A DNA stretch of 64,000 bases from an uncultured Candidatus Saccharibacteria bacterium (GCA_964510945.1 CAZEED010000005.1:4132-68131), one strand, 5' to 3'; positions 28,549 through 38,763 are shown, counted from the first letter of the stretch. The notes: generated by a model not told the origin, from the sequence alone. A program made the numbers and translations.

Positions 28549-28830
28549 TCAAGAAGACTCTTCAGAAAAACCAAACCTATGCACTAAGGCCGCTGAACCG
28601 CCTGCAGATAATCCCGTCAGCCCAACAACATCAGAGGCCAAAAACGCTACGTCAGCGACAGTATTTACTCCATCTTCAAGATTTATCCCTGTAAAAATAT
28701 CCAATAAAACTACGCCAGCCATGCCAACTCCGAATGCTATCCCACCTATATTTCGAATCCTTCGCCAGTCGTCTCGATCTAATCCATCTACTCTTTCTGG
28801 TTGATCGTTCACCACTTCATTCATAATCAC
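28549..28830 (-). CDS. Small 2-TM protein (93 aa), paralog of 38518-38763
   Basis: Charged N-terminus, then RRIRNIGGIAFGVGMAGVVLLDIF and a second hydrophobic segment. It aligns by eye with the 81-aa protein at 38518-38763. Confidence 0.55.
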   Translation of the reverse strand: MIMNEVVNDQPERVDGLDRDDWRRIRNIGGIAFGVGMAGVVLLDIFTGINLEDGVNTVADVAFLASDVVGLTGLSAGGSAALVHRFGFSEESS

Positions 28831-28874
28831 GTATTATACAACGTTATACATAGGTCCGCAAAACTTCCCAAGAT

Positions 28875-30767
28875 CTATACTAGTACGGCTTTGATGCGGC
28901 GTATGCCGGCACTCGAGGATTCTTCTTTGATGATTTTGAATTTCTTGCCGTCTTCGATTAGCTGCAGAGTGTGATCGACATGTGGGCCACCGCAGATTTC
29001 AAAGCTAAATGGTTTTTTGGCTCCGTCTGCAATCATTTTGTAGACTTTGACTGTATCGCCATAACGGTCGCCAAATTGGCCGAGTGCACCCATATCTTCT
29101 CGGGCGACTTTAGTTGGGTATTCATGCCAAGTAACCTTTAGGTCTTTTTTAATCTGTTCGTTAACGATTTTTTCTACCTCATCCAGTTGTTCTCTTGTGA
29201 CTTTCTCTGGATGGCTAAAGTCAAATCTTAGTCGTTCTTCAGTAATGTTAGAGCCTCTCTGCACAACATGATCTCCCAGTACATCACGCAAAGCCTGATA
29301 CATCAAATGCGTTGCAGTGTGGTACTTCTTGTGTTGCAAAGTCTGTCCACCAAGCCCACCCTTAAAAGTCCCCTTGGTAGCTGTTTGGCTCCGTTCCCGC
29401 TGCTCTTTCATTTTTGCATCAAATTCTTTTCTCCAGTTTTTTGACACTTCAAAACCTTGCATAGTAGCCTCTTCAATACTTAGTTCAACTGGGAAGCCAA
29501 AAGTATCATAAAGAGAAAATACATTCTCACCAGAAATTTTGCCGTTTTTCGACATTTTTTCGAGTTCTCGTACTCCTTTTCTTAATGTTTGTCGAAAAAC
29601 TTTCTCTTCCCTAACCAAAGTATCAATAACTTTTTGTTTACTATTAGCTATTTCTGGAAAATCTTTTTCGTATAGCCCTACTATTACCGGAACAATTTCT
29701 TGAACAAAATTTTGCTCTATCCCTAATTCAAATGCAAAACGGATTGCTCTCCGCATTAATCTACGAGCCACATAGCCTTGTTCTTTATTACTTGGGGCTA
29801 CGTCATCTACCGCCAACCACACAGCACCTCGCAAATGGTCGGCAATTACTCTCATGGCGTTGGTATGCTGTTCATATTTTTTGCCGCTGAGCTTTTCGAG
29901 TGATTCTATTATCGGCAATAAGATGCTGATTCTAAACACATCAGGGCTATTGATTTTTGCGGCTGCAATTCGCTCCAAGCCTCCCCCAAAATCTACGTTT
30001 TGGCTTGGTAATTTATCGAAGCCGGTTTTAGTCCTGATGTATTCCATGAAAACAGAGTTTCCTATTTCCATAAAACGACCACAATCACAATTTGGATGAC
30101 AGTTTTTGCCCCATTTCTCATCATGCTCGACATTTTCGAAAAGATAAAATACTTCACTATCTGGACCGCCTGGTTGGCCTTCGCTCATCTCCGATGGCTT
30201 GCCTTCTGGTGCCCACCAGTTTTTGCTAGCGTCATAATAAAAAACACGCTCATTAGCTTTTATTCCACGCTTATACCCATCATGCTCTGAACCAATATCT
30301 GCGATATCAGCTTTTAATCCCTTTTTAATAAATAAATCTTGCCAATACTTTGCGCTTACTTCATCTTTTGGTAAATCAAATTGCTTGTCGCCGGCAAAAA
30401 CCGTTACGTATAATTTTTCTGGATCTAGACCTACTTTATCTGTTAAAAACTCAAAAAACCAAGGTAATTGTTCTTTTTTAAAATAGTCACCCAATGACCA
30501 GTTACCAAGCATTTCAAAAAAAGTAGTGTGTCTATTGTCGCCAACTTCTTCGATATCCTGTGCGCGTAAGCAAGTCTGACTGTCGACTAATCGATTTCCT
30601 TTTGGGTGCACTTCTCCTAATAAATAAGGAATAAGCGGTTGCATACCCGAGCCAGTAAACAAAACACCTGATTCACCTTGCGGGACCAAAAGTGCGCGAG
30701 GAATCACTTTGTGTCCACGTTTTTCAAAAAACTTTAAATAGGCCGCTCTAATCTCTTGTGCATTCAT
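28875..30767 (-). CDS. alaS: Alanine--tRNA ligase, compact form (630 aa, no C-Ala domain)
   Basis: N-terminus MNAQEIRAAYLKFFEKRGH. Class II core. Editing-domain Zn motifs HTATHL and ICGGPHV. The protein ends shortly after the editing domain. Confidence 0.9.
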   Translation of the reverse strand: MNAQEIRAAYLKFFEKRGHKVIPRALLVPQGESGVLFTGSGMQPLIPYLLGEVHPKGNRLVDSQTCLRAQDIEEVGDNRHTTFFEMLGNWSLGDYFKKEQLPWFFEFLTDKVGLDPEKLYVTVFAGDKQFDLPKDEVSAKYWQDLFIKKGLKADIADIGSEHDGYKRGIKANERVFYYDASKNWWAPEGKPSEMSEGQPGGPDSEVFYLFENVEHDEKWGKNCHPNCDCGRFMEIGNSVFMEYIRTKTGFDKLPSQNVDFGGGLERIAAAKINSPDVFRISILLPIIESLEKLSGKKYEQHTNAMRVIADHLRGAVWLAVDDVAPSNKEQGYVARRLMRRAIRFAFELGIEQNFVQEIVPVIVGLYEKDFPEIANSKQKVIDTLVREEKVFRQTLRKGVRELEKMSKNGKISGENVFSLYDTFGFPVELSIEEATMQGFEVSKNWRKEFDAKMKEQRERSQTATKGTFKGGLGGQTLQHKKYHTATHLMYQALRDVLGDHVVQRGSNITEERLRFDFSHPEKVTREQLDEVEKIVNEQIKKDLKVTWHEYPTKVAREDMGALGQFGDRYGDTVKVYKMIADGAKKPFSFEICGGPHVDHTLQLIEDGKKFKIIKEESSSAGIRRIKAVLV

Positions 30768-30800
30768 CCAATTAATTATAACAGATGGGCTATACTGTTT

Positions 30801-31652
30801 ATGATGTTGGTTTTACTTAGTTATTTATTTTATTTTGCGGCCGCCAGTGCCTCACCGCTTCAACGTCGTTGGCTTTCTACAAATAAAGAAGGTGGTGGTC
30901 AAATACAATTCGCGTTCAGAGTTATGCTCTTTGTCGCAATCTGCGGATTTCTTTTGCCACTTTTCTCTCAACCTCAGTTAAACGGCGGTTTTTGGCAAAT
31001 AGTGCTACTCGGCTTAATTACCGGGTTGTCTGGTGCTCTTTTTTTTATTGGCAACTATTCTGCCCAGAAACACGTTGATGCGGGCGTAACCAGCTTGATA
31101 AGCAATATCTACACACCCGTTACCATCATTATTGCAAGTCTATTTCTAAGTGAGTCACTAAAACCAATGCAACTTGTGGGCACACTAATACTGCTTTTTG
31201 CTATGGTCCTGGTTTCAAAAAAACATAGAGTAGGTAGATTTAATTTCGATAAGTACTTCTGGCTAATGATTTTGAGCGGTGTCAGTCTGGGTATTTGTTT
31301 AAGCGCAGAAAGAGCGCTTATGAAAACGACGGGTTTCAGCGCTGGAACACTAATTAGTTGGTGGTCACAGGTGCTTGCTCTGGGTCTAGCAACACTAATT
31401 TTTAAAAAAAACCGCACTTCGTACGGCCTGAAAGATACCTTGATTACTGGTAGCTTGCGGTTTCTTCAGGCACTTTCTTGGGTAGTTTTGCTACAGGTAG
31501 TAGGGAATCTGAGTATTGTTTCAGCAGTTACAACTTTTAAGGTAGTGGTCATATTCTTATTCGCAGCAATTTTACTCAAAGAACGAGAGGATCTACCGAG
31601 GAAAATAGTCGGTAGTCTGATTGCTATATTTGGCCTTCTTTTAATAAAGTAA
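30801..31652 (+). CDS. DMT/EamA-family transporter
   Basis: Multi-TM protein with an EamA-like segment (TSLISNIYTPVTIIIASLFLSESLKPMQLVGTLILLFAMVLVS). Start moved to ATG 30801 to remove the overlap with the alaS start. Confidence 0.7.
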   Translation: MMLVLLSYLFYFAAASASPLQRRWLSTNKEGGGQIQFAFRVMLFVAICGFLLPLFSQPQLNGGFWQIVLLGLITGLSGALFFIGNYSAQKHVDAGVTSLISNIYTPVTIIIASLFLSESLKPMQLVGTLILLFAMVLVSKKHRVGRFNFDKYFWLMILSGVSLGICLSAERALMKTTGFSAGTLISWWSQVLALGLATLIFKKNRTSYGLKDTLITGSLRFLQALSWVVLLQVVGNLSIVSAVTTFKVVVIFLFAAILLKEREDLPRKIVGSLIAIFGLLLIK

Positions 31653-31656
31653 AGCA

Positions 31657-32703
31657 CTATTTGGCTATTATCCCGCCGCCAATAACTAAATCACCTTCAT
31701 ACAGAGCTGCAGATTGGCCGGGGGTTGCGGCGCGAATTTCGTCATTTAACTTCACTTTAAGTTCACTACCAGACACTAGCTGTAGCGTAGCGTCGATTAG
31801 TGGGGCTCTATGTCTAGTGCGCACCTGGACCATGGCACCATCTTTAGACACCTGATTAATCCAGTGCACATCTGTTAAATTTAGCTCCTTGTACCAAAGA
31901 TTTTCATCATCCAAGTTGGTCGTGACGTAGACTTCGTTCTGCTTCATGTCCTTGCCAGTTACGTAATATGGCAAACCACCACCAACACCTAGGCCCGAAC
32001 GTTGGCCAATTGTGTAGAATATTGCCCCGTCGTGTTCGCCTACTACCTGATTATTCTCGTCTATTATCTTGCCGGGTTTTGTTTTAACGTACTGACTTAA
32101 AAACTCTTTAATGCCGACTTTTCCGACAAAGCAAATTCCCATGCTTTCTTTTTTTTCAGCCGTCACCAATCCAAATTTCTTGGCAAGTTTCCGCACCTCT
32201 GGCTTGGTGTATTCACCGAGAGGAAATATTGTTTTTGACAATGCCTCCTCTGTTATTCGGTACAAAAAATAAGTTTGATCTTTGTTGGCGTCCTTGGCTT
32301 TGTACATTTTGCAATCTTTAACCACTGCATAGTGGCCAGTTGCTATTAGGTCAGCGCCCTCCTCGAGACAAGTATCCAAAAACAGCTTAAACTTAACTTC
32401 TTGATTGCACATGATATCAGGGTTTGGCGTTCGCCCAGCTTTGAACTCGTCGATCATATAATCAACAACTTTGTGTTTGTACTGTTTTTCAAAATCGAAA
32501 ACTTTGAAATCAATACCCAGTTGCACCGCAACCCGCTTAGCGTCAGCAAAATCTTCCTTCCATGGGCAGTCAAAACCAGGCAAACTCTTGGTCCAGTTTT
32601 TCATATAAACGCCCACAACGTTGTAACCCTGCTCTTTTAGTAATGTTGCCGAAACAGAGCTATCAACCCCACCACTCATCCCTACAAAAACTGTCTTAGC
32701 CAT
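31657..32703 (-). CDS. mnmA: tRNA-specific 2-thiouridylase MnmA
   Basis: PP-loop VGMSGGVDSSV. Catalytic Cys context (GICF, CNQ). Confidence 0.95.
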   Translation of the reverse strand: MAKTVFVGMSGGVDSSVSATLLKEQGYNVVGVYMKNWTKSLPGFDCPWKEDFADAKRVAVQLGIDFKVFDFEKQYKHKVVDYMIDEFKAGRTPNPDIMCNQEVKFKLFLDTCLEEGADLIATGHYAVVKDCKMYKAKDANKDQTYFLYRITEEALSKTIFPLGEYTKPEVRKLAKKFGLVTAEKKESMGICFVGKVGIKEFLSQYVKTKPGKIIDENNQVVGEHDGAIFYTIGQRSGLGVGGGLPYYVTGKDMKQNEVYVTTNLDDENLWYKELNLTDVHWINQVSKDGAMVQVRTRHRAPLIDATLQLVSGSELKVKLNDEIRAATPGQSAALYEGDLVIGGGIIAK

Positions 32704-33847
32704 TGAGAACTTCTTTTAATAATTGAATTACTTTATTTAAATCATCCTGAGTTGTTTGACGTCCTAGCGTAAAACGCAGAGTCGACTGTGCTTGCCCATC
32801 AGATAGGCCAATAGCTTTTAGGACATGAGAAGGTTCGACGTTACTAGCGCTGCAGGCCGATCCCACCGCACACATTACACCCGCCTCATCCAGTTGCATC
32901 ATTAACCGCTCGTTATCAACGCCAGGGAAAGTAACGCTAATATTATTGGGCAAACGTTTTTTTAACGACCCATTAATTATTGCTTTAGGCAAGTTTTTTT
33001 GTAGCATTTTTATAAATTCATCACGTAGCTCACTAACCCGCTGAGCTTCTTCGACTCGCATAGATTGCGCAATGTCCAGTGCGCGTCCAAAGCCGACACA
33101 ACTTGCTACATTTTCGGTACCGCTACGTAACCCTTGTTCTTGACCGCCACCTCTTATAAGCGGGTTTAGTTCTAGCCCAGCCCGCACGTAAAGAGCACCA
33201 GATTGCTTTGGACCATAGATTTTACCGCCGTTAAGCGTCATAAAGTCTACACCGAGCCTTGCAACATGCAAATCCAAATAATTGCCCGCCTGACAAGCAT
33301 CGGTATGTAGATATAGCGGTCGCTTATTGCCCTTTTCTAATCGGTCTTTTCTAATTTTTTCTAAGATTGTATAAATCTCGCGAAGTGGCTGAATGGTACC
33401 GATTTCGTTATTAGCATAGACAACACTGATTAGTGCAGTCTTATCGGTAATCAGCTTTTCTAATTTCGGGATGTCGATAATTCCGGTTTTATCAACTGGC
33501 GCTTCACTACTCTTATATTGATTTGCTGGTTCTTTTACGGATTCGTGTTCGATAGAGCTAATAATAATTTCTGAACCAGAATATTTACTCATCACGCCGT
33601 TAATAATCAAGTTATTGGCTTCTGTCCCTCCGGCGGTAAAGATAATTTCGCTAGGCTTTACCCCTAACCAGTGCGCTACAAAGCGTCTTGACTCGTTAAT
33701 AGCCCCGCGCACTCTTTTTGCCGATTGATAACTGGCCGATGGATTATAAAACTCGTCTTTCAGATACGGCATCATTGCCTCAAGGACAGCCGGGTCTAAC
33801 GGTGTAGCGGCCGCGTAATCAAGATAAATTGGTGGCAAATCGCTCAT
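32696..33847 (-). CDS. Cysteine desulfurase (NifS/IscS class V aminotransferase)
   Basis: PLP-Lys region LNGGKIYGPKQSGALY, GTENV, active-site loop GSACSAS. 8-nt overlap with mnmA. Confidence 0.9.
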   Translation of the reverse strand: MSDLPPIYLDYAAATPLDPAVLEAMMPYLKDEFYNPSASYQSAKRVRGAINESRRFVAHWLGVKPSEIIFTAGGTEANNLIINGVMSKYSGSEIIISSIEHESVKEPANQYKSSEAPVDKTGIIDIPKLEKLITDKTALISVVYANNEIGTIQPLREIYTILEKIRKDRLEKGNKRPLYLHTDACQAGNYLDLHVARLGVDFMTLNGGKIYGPKQSGALYVRAGLELNPLIRGGGQEQGLRSGTENVASCVGFGRALDIAQSMRVEEAQRVSELRDEFIKMLQKNLPKAIINGSLKKRLPNNISVTFPGVDNERLMMQLDEAGVMCAVGSACSASNVEPSHVLKAIGLSDGQAQSTLRFTLGRQTTQDDLNKVIQLLKEVLNG

Positions 33848-33862
33848 ATATCTATTGTACCC

Positions 33863-34186
33863 CTACGCTGCTAACACAAACTGCGAGTTATCAGAATCTG
33901 TGATCTGACGGATAGGGACCACTTCAGCCAAAACATCGGGCAAATCTCTATGGGCTTCTTTAACTAAAGCACGCGCAAAATCTTCAGGGCTTTCAGACAC
34001 GCCAATCTCTCGTATACCTTCACCGCTAATAATATCCGGTGTAATTACCTTAGGTACTATACTTAGCTCTCGCCTAACTTCGTCAATAGCAGGATGTTGC
34101 TCGACAACCGACTGAAGGGCTAAAGCTACTAGGCTTCTTGCCGATTCTACGGTTAGTTCTGGTGATTTTTCGTTATTATTTGTCAT
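33863..34186 (-). CDS. Hypothetical protein (107 aa)
   Basis: Intact ORF, 4-nt overlap with tatD. No recognisable domain. Confidence 0.5.
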   Translation of the reverse strand: MTNNNEKSPELTVESARSLVALALQSVVEQHPAIDEVRRELSIVPKVITPDIISGEGIREIGVSESPEDFARALVKEAHRDLPDVLAEVVPIRQITDSDNSQFVLAA

Positions 34187-35031
34187 ATTTTGAATAATTT
34201 TCGTGCGTTATCGGTGGTAAACTTAGCTAAATCGTCGAGTTTTTCGCCTCTCAAATCCGCTAAAAACACCGCCGTCTCCCGAAGATACATTGGTTCACAT
34301 ATTTTACCACGATGGGGATTTGGTGTCAAATACGGGGCGTCTGTTTCTAGTACAAGTTTGCCTGCCGGAACTTGTTTTGCTACCTCTAATTGCGACTGGT
34401 CTTTAGTGAAGGTCATAATGCCGTTTAAGCCAATATAAAGCCCTAGAGCAAGTATTTTGTCAAGAGTTCGTATATCTGCCGTATAGCTATGTATCACCCC
34501 TCTAATGCCCTCAAAATCGCTCAGAATAGCAAATAAATCATTAAATGCATCCGTCGGGACATCTTTACTGCCCCTAACATGAAAAATTACTGGCAAATCG
34601 TGGTTTTTGGCCACTTTGAGCTGTTTTACCAATATCTGTTTTTGCGCCGATTTTGAAGAGTGCGCATTGTAATAATCAAGGCCAATCTCGCCTACCGCCA
34701 CAACTTTCGATCGCTTTGCGAGCTCAGCAAACTTATCAAAATCATATTCCAGATGTTCCTCGGCCTCATGCGGATGAATCCCAATAGACCCAAAACATTC
34801 GGGCTTGTCAGCCACAAACCTAACCGCAAGCTCGCTATCACTAGCAGTTGTGCCCACGCAGATCAGCTTGGTAACACCAACGTTTTTAGCCCTAATGATA
34901 ATGTCCTCTGGCTTTGGGCTGCCCGCCTTTATCCATTTCGATCTAGTCATTTCGGCGTCTTTACTTAAGGTCGTTCCGCCTTCCAATGTAGCCTCATGGA
35001 TATGGCAATGCGTGTCAACGAGTGTCATCAT
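34183..35031 (-). CDS. tatD: TatD-family metal-dependent hydrolase
   Basis: DTHCHI motif, GEIGLDY, conserved His/Asp ligands. Confidence 0.9.
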   Translation of the reverse strand: MMTLVDTHCHIHEATLEGGTTLSKDAEMTRSKWIKAGSPKPEDIIIRAKNVGVTKLICVGTTASDSELAVRFVADKPECFGSIGIHPHEAEEHLEYDFDKFAELAKRSKVVAVGEIGLDYYNAHSSKSAQKQILVKQLKVAKNHDLPVIFHVRGSKDVPTDAFNDLFAILSDFEGIRGVIHSYTADIRTLDKILALGLYIGLNGIMTFTKDQSQLEVAKQVPAGKLVLETDAPYLTPNPHRGKICEPMYLRETAVFLADLRGEKLDDLAKFTTDNARKLFKI

Positions 35032-36494
35032 TAGCTCTTTAGTTTTTGAGTAAGCGGCTTTTTCTGATCGTTGCGAGGAAAGAGTGTGCCCTCGAGTGGT
35101 TGCACTACACCGGATGCAAAGATATGCTTTATTTTATCAGCCGTCTCAGGCATAAAAGGAGTAATCAGTTCAGCAATCTGGATCAAAGCACCTACTTGAT
35201 ACGCCAGTACATCACGAAGATGTCCAGCATCGTCGTGCTTGGCGATCTCCCAAGGTTTTTCTTCTTCAATATATTGATTAAGCCCCCTCACTTGCTCCCA
35301 TACTTCATCAAGTGCCCGATCAAATTTGCAGGCTTCTAAAGCTTTCTTATAACCGTCGACGTCATGACCTGGCTCTGGAATATCGCCGATTACTCCACTC
35401 TGATGTTTTTGTATTAATACCACTGTTCGTTGCACAGCATTACCGAGCTCGTTCGCAAGTTCGTTATTATAGGCCTCATCTAATTTTTCCCAACTAAAAT
35501 CGCCGTCATCGTAACTAGGCAGGTGACGCAAGAAAAAGTAACGGAAAACATCGGCTGGATATTTTTCTAGAATTTGTGCGGGCACAATATAATTATCTAG
35601 ACTCTTACTCATTTTTTTGCCGTCAATTGTTATAAAGCCGTGAACGAACAAAATTTTTGGCAAAGGCAAACCTAGGCCAAGTAGCATTGCTGGCCAAATT
35701 GCCGCATGGAATCGCAAGATATCCTTACCGATAACCTGGACCTGCGCCGGCCAAAACTTTTTAAAATCATCGTGTTCTGGATAGCCAAGCACCGTAATAT
35801 AATTCATTAACGCCTCAAACCAGACATACATAACCTGATTATCATCAGCCGGTACCGGGATACCCCAACTAATCTTGTCTTTAGGCCTAGAGATACTAAT
35901 ATCCTCTAATCCTTTGCCTATAATGTTTAGGATCTCTTGTTTTCTAGTCGATGGGATAATTTTAAAGCTGTCAGTACTGATCGCCTCTTTAATCTGATCA
36001 GAGAATAGTGATACTTTAAAAAAGTAGTTGTCTTCTTTTAGTTTTTCATAAGGTCGGTTGTGGTCAGGACAGGTTCCACCGCGCTCTTTGACGACATTGT
36101 CGGGTACAAAAGTCTCGCAACCAGTACAATACCAACCCTCATAGTTACCTTTGTAAATATACTTTTCGAGATTTTTCCAGATTATTTGGGCTCGTTGTTC
36201 GTGACCTTCATCAGTAGTACGGATAAATCGATCATTGCTAATATTTAGCGCTTTGGCTAAGTCACGGAATTTTTGGCTAATCTGATCTGTAAAATATTTT
36301 GGCTCCATGCCATTCTCTTTAGCCTTTTCGGCAATTTTGCCACCGTGCTCGTCTGTCCCAATACTAAAAATAGTCGGTGTCTTAGCCTGCCGAGCGGCAC
36401 GAGCCAAAACGTCAGCCATAATAAATTCTAGCGCATGTCCTAGATGTGCTTCGTTATTAACATATGGTATCGATGTCGTTATAAAATAATTCAT
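35031..36494 (-). CDS. metG: Methionine--tRNA ligase (short form)
   Basis: HLGHA (HIGH) and KMSKS motifs. Zn knuckle CTGCETF..CPDH. Confidence 0.95.
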   Translation of the reverse strand: MNYFITTSIPYVNNEAHLGHALEFIMADVLARAARQAKTPTIFSIGTDEHGGKIAEKAKENGMEPKYFTDQISQKFRDLAKALNISNDRFIRTTDEGHEQRAQIIWKNLEKYIYKGNYEGWYCTGCETFVPDNVVKERGGTCPDHNRPYEKLKEDNYFFKVSLFSDQIKEAISTDSFKIIPSTRKQEILNIIGKGLEDISISRPKDKISWGIPVPADDNQVMYVWFEALMNYITVLGYPEHDDFKKFWPAQVQVIGKDILRFHAAIWPAMLLGLGLPLPKILFVHGFITIDGKKMSKSLDNYIVPAQILEKYPADVFRYFFLRHLPSYDDGDFSWEKLDEAYNNELANELGNAVQRTVVLIQKHQSGVIGDIPEPGHDVDGYKKALEACKFDRALDEVWEQVRGLNQYIEEEKPWEIAKHDDAGHLRDVLAYQVGALIQIAELITPFMPETADKIKHIFASGVVQPLEGTLFPRNDQKKPLTQKLKS

Positions 36495-36539
36495 ACCTTA
36501 TCATCCTATCTCAAACAGAGGAGAAATGAAAATTATCTC

Positions 36540-37187
36540 CTATAAACCTATCGGGGTAATTAACCCTGTGTCTTCGCTAAATTCAAACAAGGCATGGACG
36601 TGCACACCATATGCAGCAACAGCTTCACTACCAACTCCATGGCTTCTATCAACTACCACAAAAGCATGCTCAACAACACCTTGTTGACCCTCGATAACAA
36701 ATTCCCCATCCCCCTCCACATTTTTTCGTATACCTCTAGACATTTTTATAGACGTTATAACGGAATCACCACTGGTAAGCGTGTCGTCAACAACAACTAT
36801 CCGATCACCAGTAGAGACGGGTGGGTGTAAGCCGTATGGGTAATTATCGTCAGCCAATGTCCTCTCTTTTTCATTGTCGTTTATCTCGGCAATTCGTGAA
36901 CGGCTTGCCCATCTAGCCCCAAACATGGGTGGCTTACCGCCAATACCTGATGCAGCCAAGACGTCCCACTCAATACCTAAAAATTCTGCCTTCGCAACGA
37001 TTAATTCACCAACAAACAATGATGCTCCAATCAGCCCCAACGGCATCCTTACATCAAGATACCAGTTAGACTCTCCGCCCGCCCTTAATTTAAATGGATC
37101 ATCCCTGTAATTAACAGCTTTTTCTGTCAAGTACTCAGCAAACCCGTACAAGGCTTGTGGTGGTACATCAGTAAATTTACGTTGCAT
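36540..37187 (-). CDS. Type I phosphoribosyltransferase, OPRT(PyrE)-like
   Basis: PRPP loop RIVVVDDTLTSGDS. The N-terminal FKLRAGGESNWYLD resembles the PyrE FxLxSGxxSxxYxD motif. Confidence 0.7.
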   Translation of the reverse strand: MQRKFTDVPPQALYGFAEYLTEKAVNYRDDPFKLRAGGESNWYLDVRMPLGLIGASLFVGELIVAKAEFLGIEWDVLAASGIGGKPPMFGARWASRSRIAEINDNEKERTLADDNYPYGLHPPVSTGDRIVVVDDTLTSGDSVITSIKMSRGIRKNVEGDGEFVIEGQQGVVEHAFVVVDRSHGVGSEAVAAYGVHVHALFEFSEDTGLITPIGL

Positions 37188-37214
37188 TACATAAGATTAT
37201 ATACAAGATGTAAA

Positions 37215-38480
37215 TTATTTATCAATATAGTCTTGGCAGAGGCGTTCAAAGACTGCATTCGTCCAACCGAAGCCAGTCTGCGACGGGTAAACACCTTTTA
37301 GCGGTGGTTTATCTGGGTTGACTACATTGTACTTTTCTAAAAACACGCCGTTCTTGTTAAACCACTGCAGGTTAGTATTAAGCCATTTCATGGCTATACG
37401 CCGTGCATCCTCATGGTATCCATACCGTTCAAGACCTTTAATTATCAGATACTGTAAGGGCGCCCAACCATTAGGATAAGCCCACTGCGTCGGGAAAGAA
37501 TTAGGCACAATAACTTGGTTAATCGGTTGCATATCAGTCGTGGACAACCCGCCCCTATTTTCAAATCGTCTTAATTGATTGACGATCGTTTTGGCGCGTT
37601 TATCATCAACCATGCCGGCCCAAAGCGGGAAAAATCCAGCCAAAGACGAGACATTACCGCGCTTTTTCTTTACAAAGTTATAATCATAGTACAAATTACG
37701 CGTATTACTCCACATCAACTCATCCATAGTTTGTTTTCGCGTTCGAGCGCGCTCTAACCATACTTTAGCTCCATGTTCGTCGCCTAGAATGGTATCAGCT
37801 CTAGCAAAGTCTGTCTCGTATTTATAAAGTAGTGAATTAAGGTCGACTGGCAAATAATTAAGCGCGTGACGATTAAACCTAGTCGTGTAATCCCAGCCAC
37901 TCTCGGCCTCGGCTAGATCATGTGTCATATTGATATCGTAATACCGACTTAGTCCCATATAGACGTTGCGCCAGTTTGGCTTGCCAGTACCTAGCCACAC
38001 CCGACTATATTCTTGATGGGCACAGGCAATGCGCTCTTTCAACCACGCAGAACTCATGTCGTATGCGTCATAAACTTCAAAAATAAAACTAGTTAGAAAT
38101 GGAGGTTGAGATCGTCCCATCAGATAAGTCCTAGAAGCGTTCGGGATTATTTTGTAACGTTTTTGCATTGATATCAGGTTATCTAATATCCCAACCACTA
38201 GATCTTTGTGTTCACGGTTCATCATACCCTGAACCATAAAATAACTATCCCAATAATACATCTCGTTAAAGTCAAAAGGATGTCCTTCCTCGTATGCCGG
38301 GACAAGATACAGATTTGGCAGACCGATTAGAGTTTCGTCATCTCTTGGATGATAGCGTTTGAGTTTTTCCCAGTACACATCAATATAACGTCGAGCTACT
38401 TGGACTTCTTGAGGGTTTAGGGTATGGATTTTGTGCCCTGGCAAAATTTTACTGGCAAAATTCTTTGTTTTATCAAGCAT
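37215..38480 (-). CDS. Alpha,alpha-trehalase (GH37)
   Basis: GH37 signatures MYYWDSYF and QWAYPNGWAPLQ. QPPF and GWDYTTRF segments. Confidence 0.85.
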   Translation of the reverse strand: MLDKTKNFASKILPGHKIHTLNPQEVQVARRYIDVYWEKLKRYHPRDDETLIGLPNLYLVPAYEEGHPFDFNEMYYWDSYFMVQGMMNREHKDLVVGILDNLISMQKRYKIIPNASRTYLMGRSQPPFLTSFIFEVYDAYDMSSAWLKERIACAHQEYSRVWLGTGKPNWRNVYMGLSRYYDINMTHDLAEAESGWDYTTRFNRHALNYLPVDLNSLLYKYETDFARADTILGDEHGAKVWLERARTRKQTMDELMWSNTRNLYYDYNFVKKKRGNVSSLAGFFPLWAGMVDDKRAKTIVNQLRRFENRGGLSTTDMQPINQVIVPNSFPTQWAYPNGWAPLQYLIIKGLERYGYHEDARRIAMKWLNTNLQWFNKNGVFLEKYNVVNPDKPPLKGVYPSQTGFGWTNAVFERLCQDYIDK

Positions 38481-38517
38481 TAGTACTATCCAGTGTAGTG
38501 CTCTGTCACCATATCGG

Positions 38518-38763
38518 TCAATGGTTATTCACTTTACCGAGCCCTATACGCATTAATGAGGTACCAGCCAAAGTAACTACAGTGGATGCAATCGCAATTG
38601 GATTATAAATAGCGTCTAGATCAGCCAAGCCCAACATATCGGGCGCTACCAAAAATGCGTCATTAACAGCTAAAGTACCCAAACCAATAATCGACAATGC
38701 CAAACCAGCCTTTCGTAAATTTTCAGACCAACCTGAACGAGGGATTTCTGCGTTTTCTTCCAT
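38518..38763 (-). CDS. Small 2-TM protein (81 aa), paralog of 28549-28830
   Basis: ENLRKAGLALSIIGLGTLAVNDAF aligns with RRIRNIGGIAFGVGMAGVVLLDIF. The second helix is also similar. Confidence 0.5.
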   Translation of the reverse strand: MEENAEIPRSGWSENLRKAGLALSIIGLGTLAVNDAFLVAPDMLGLADLDAIYNPIAIASTVVTLAGTSLMRIGLGKVNNH

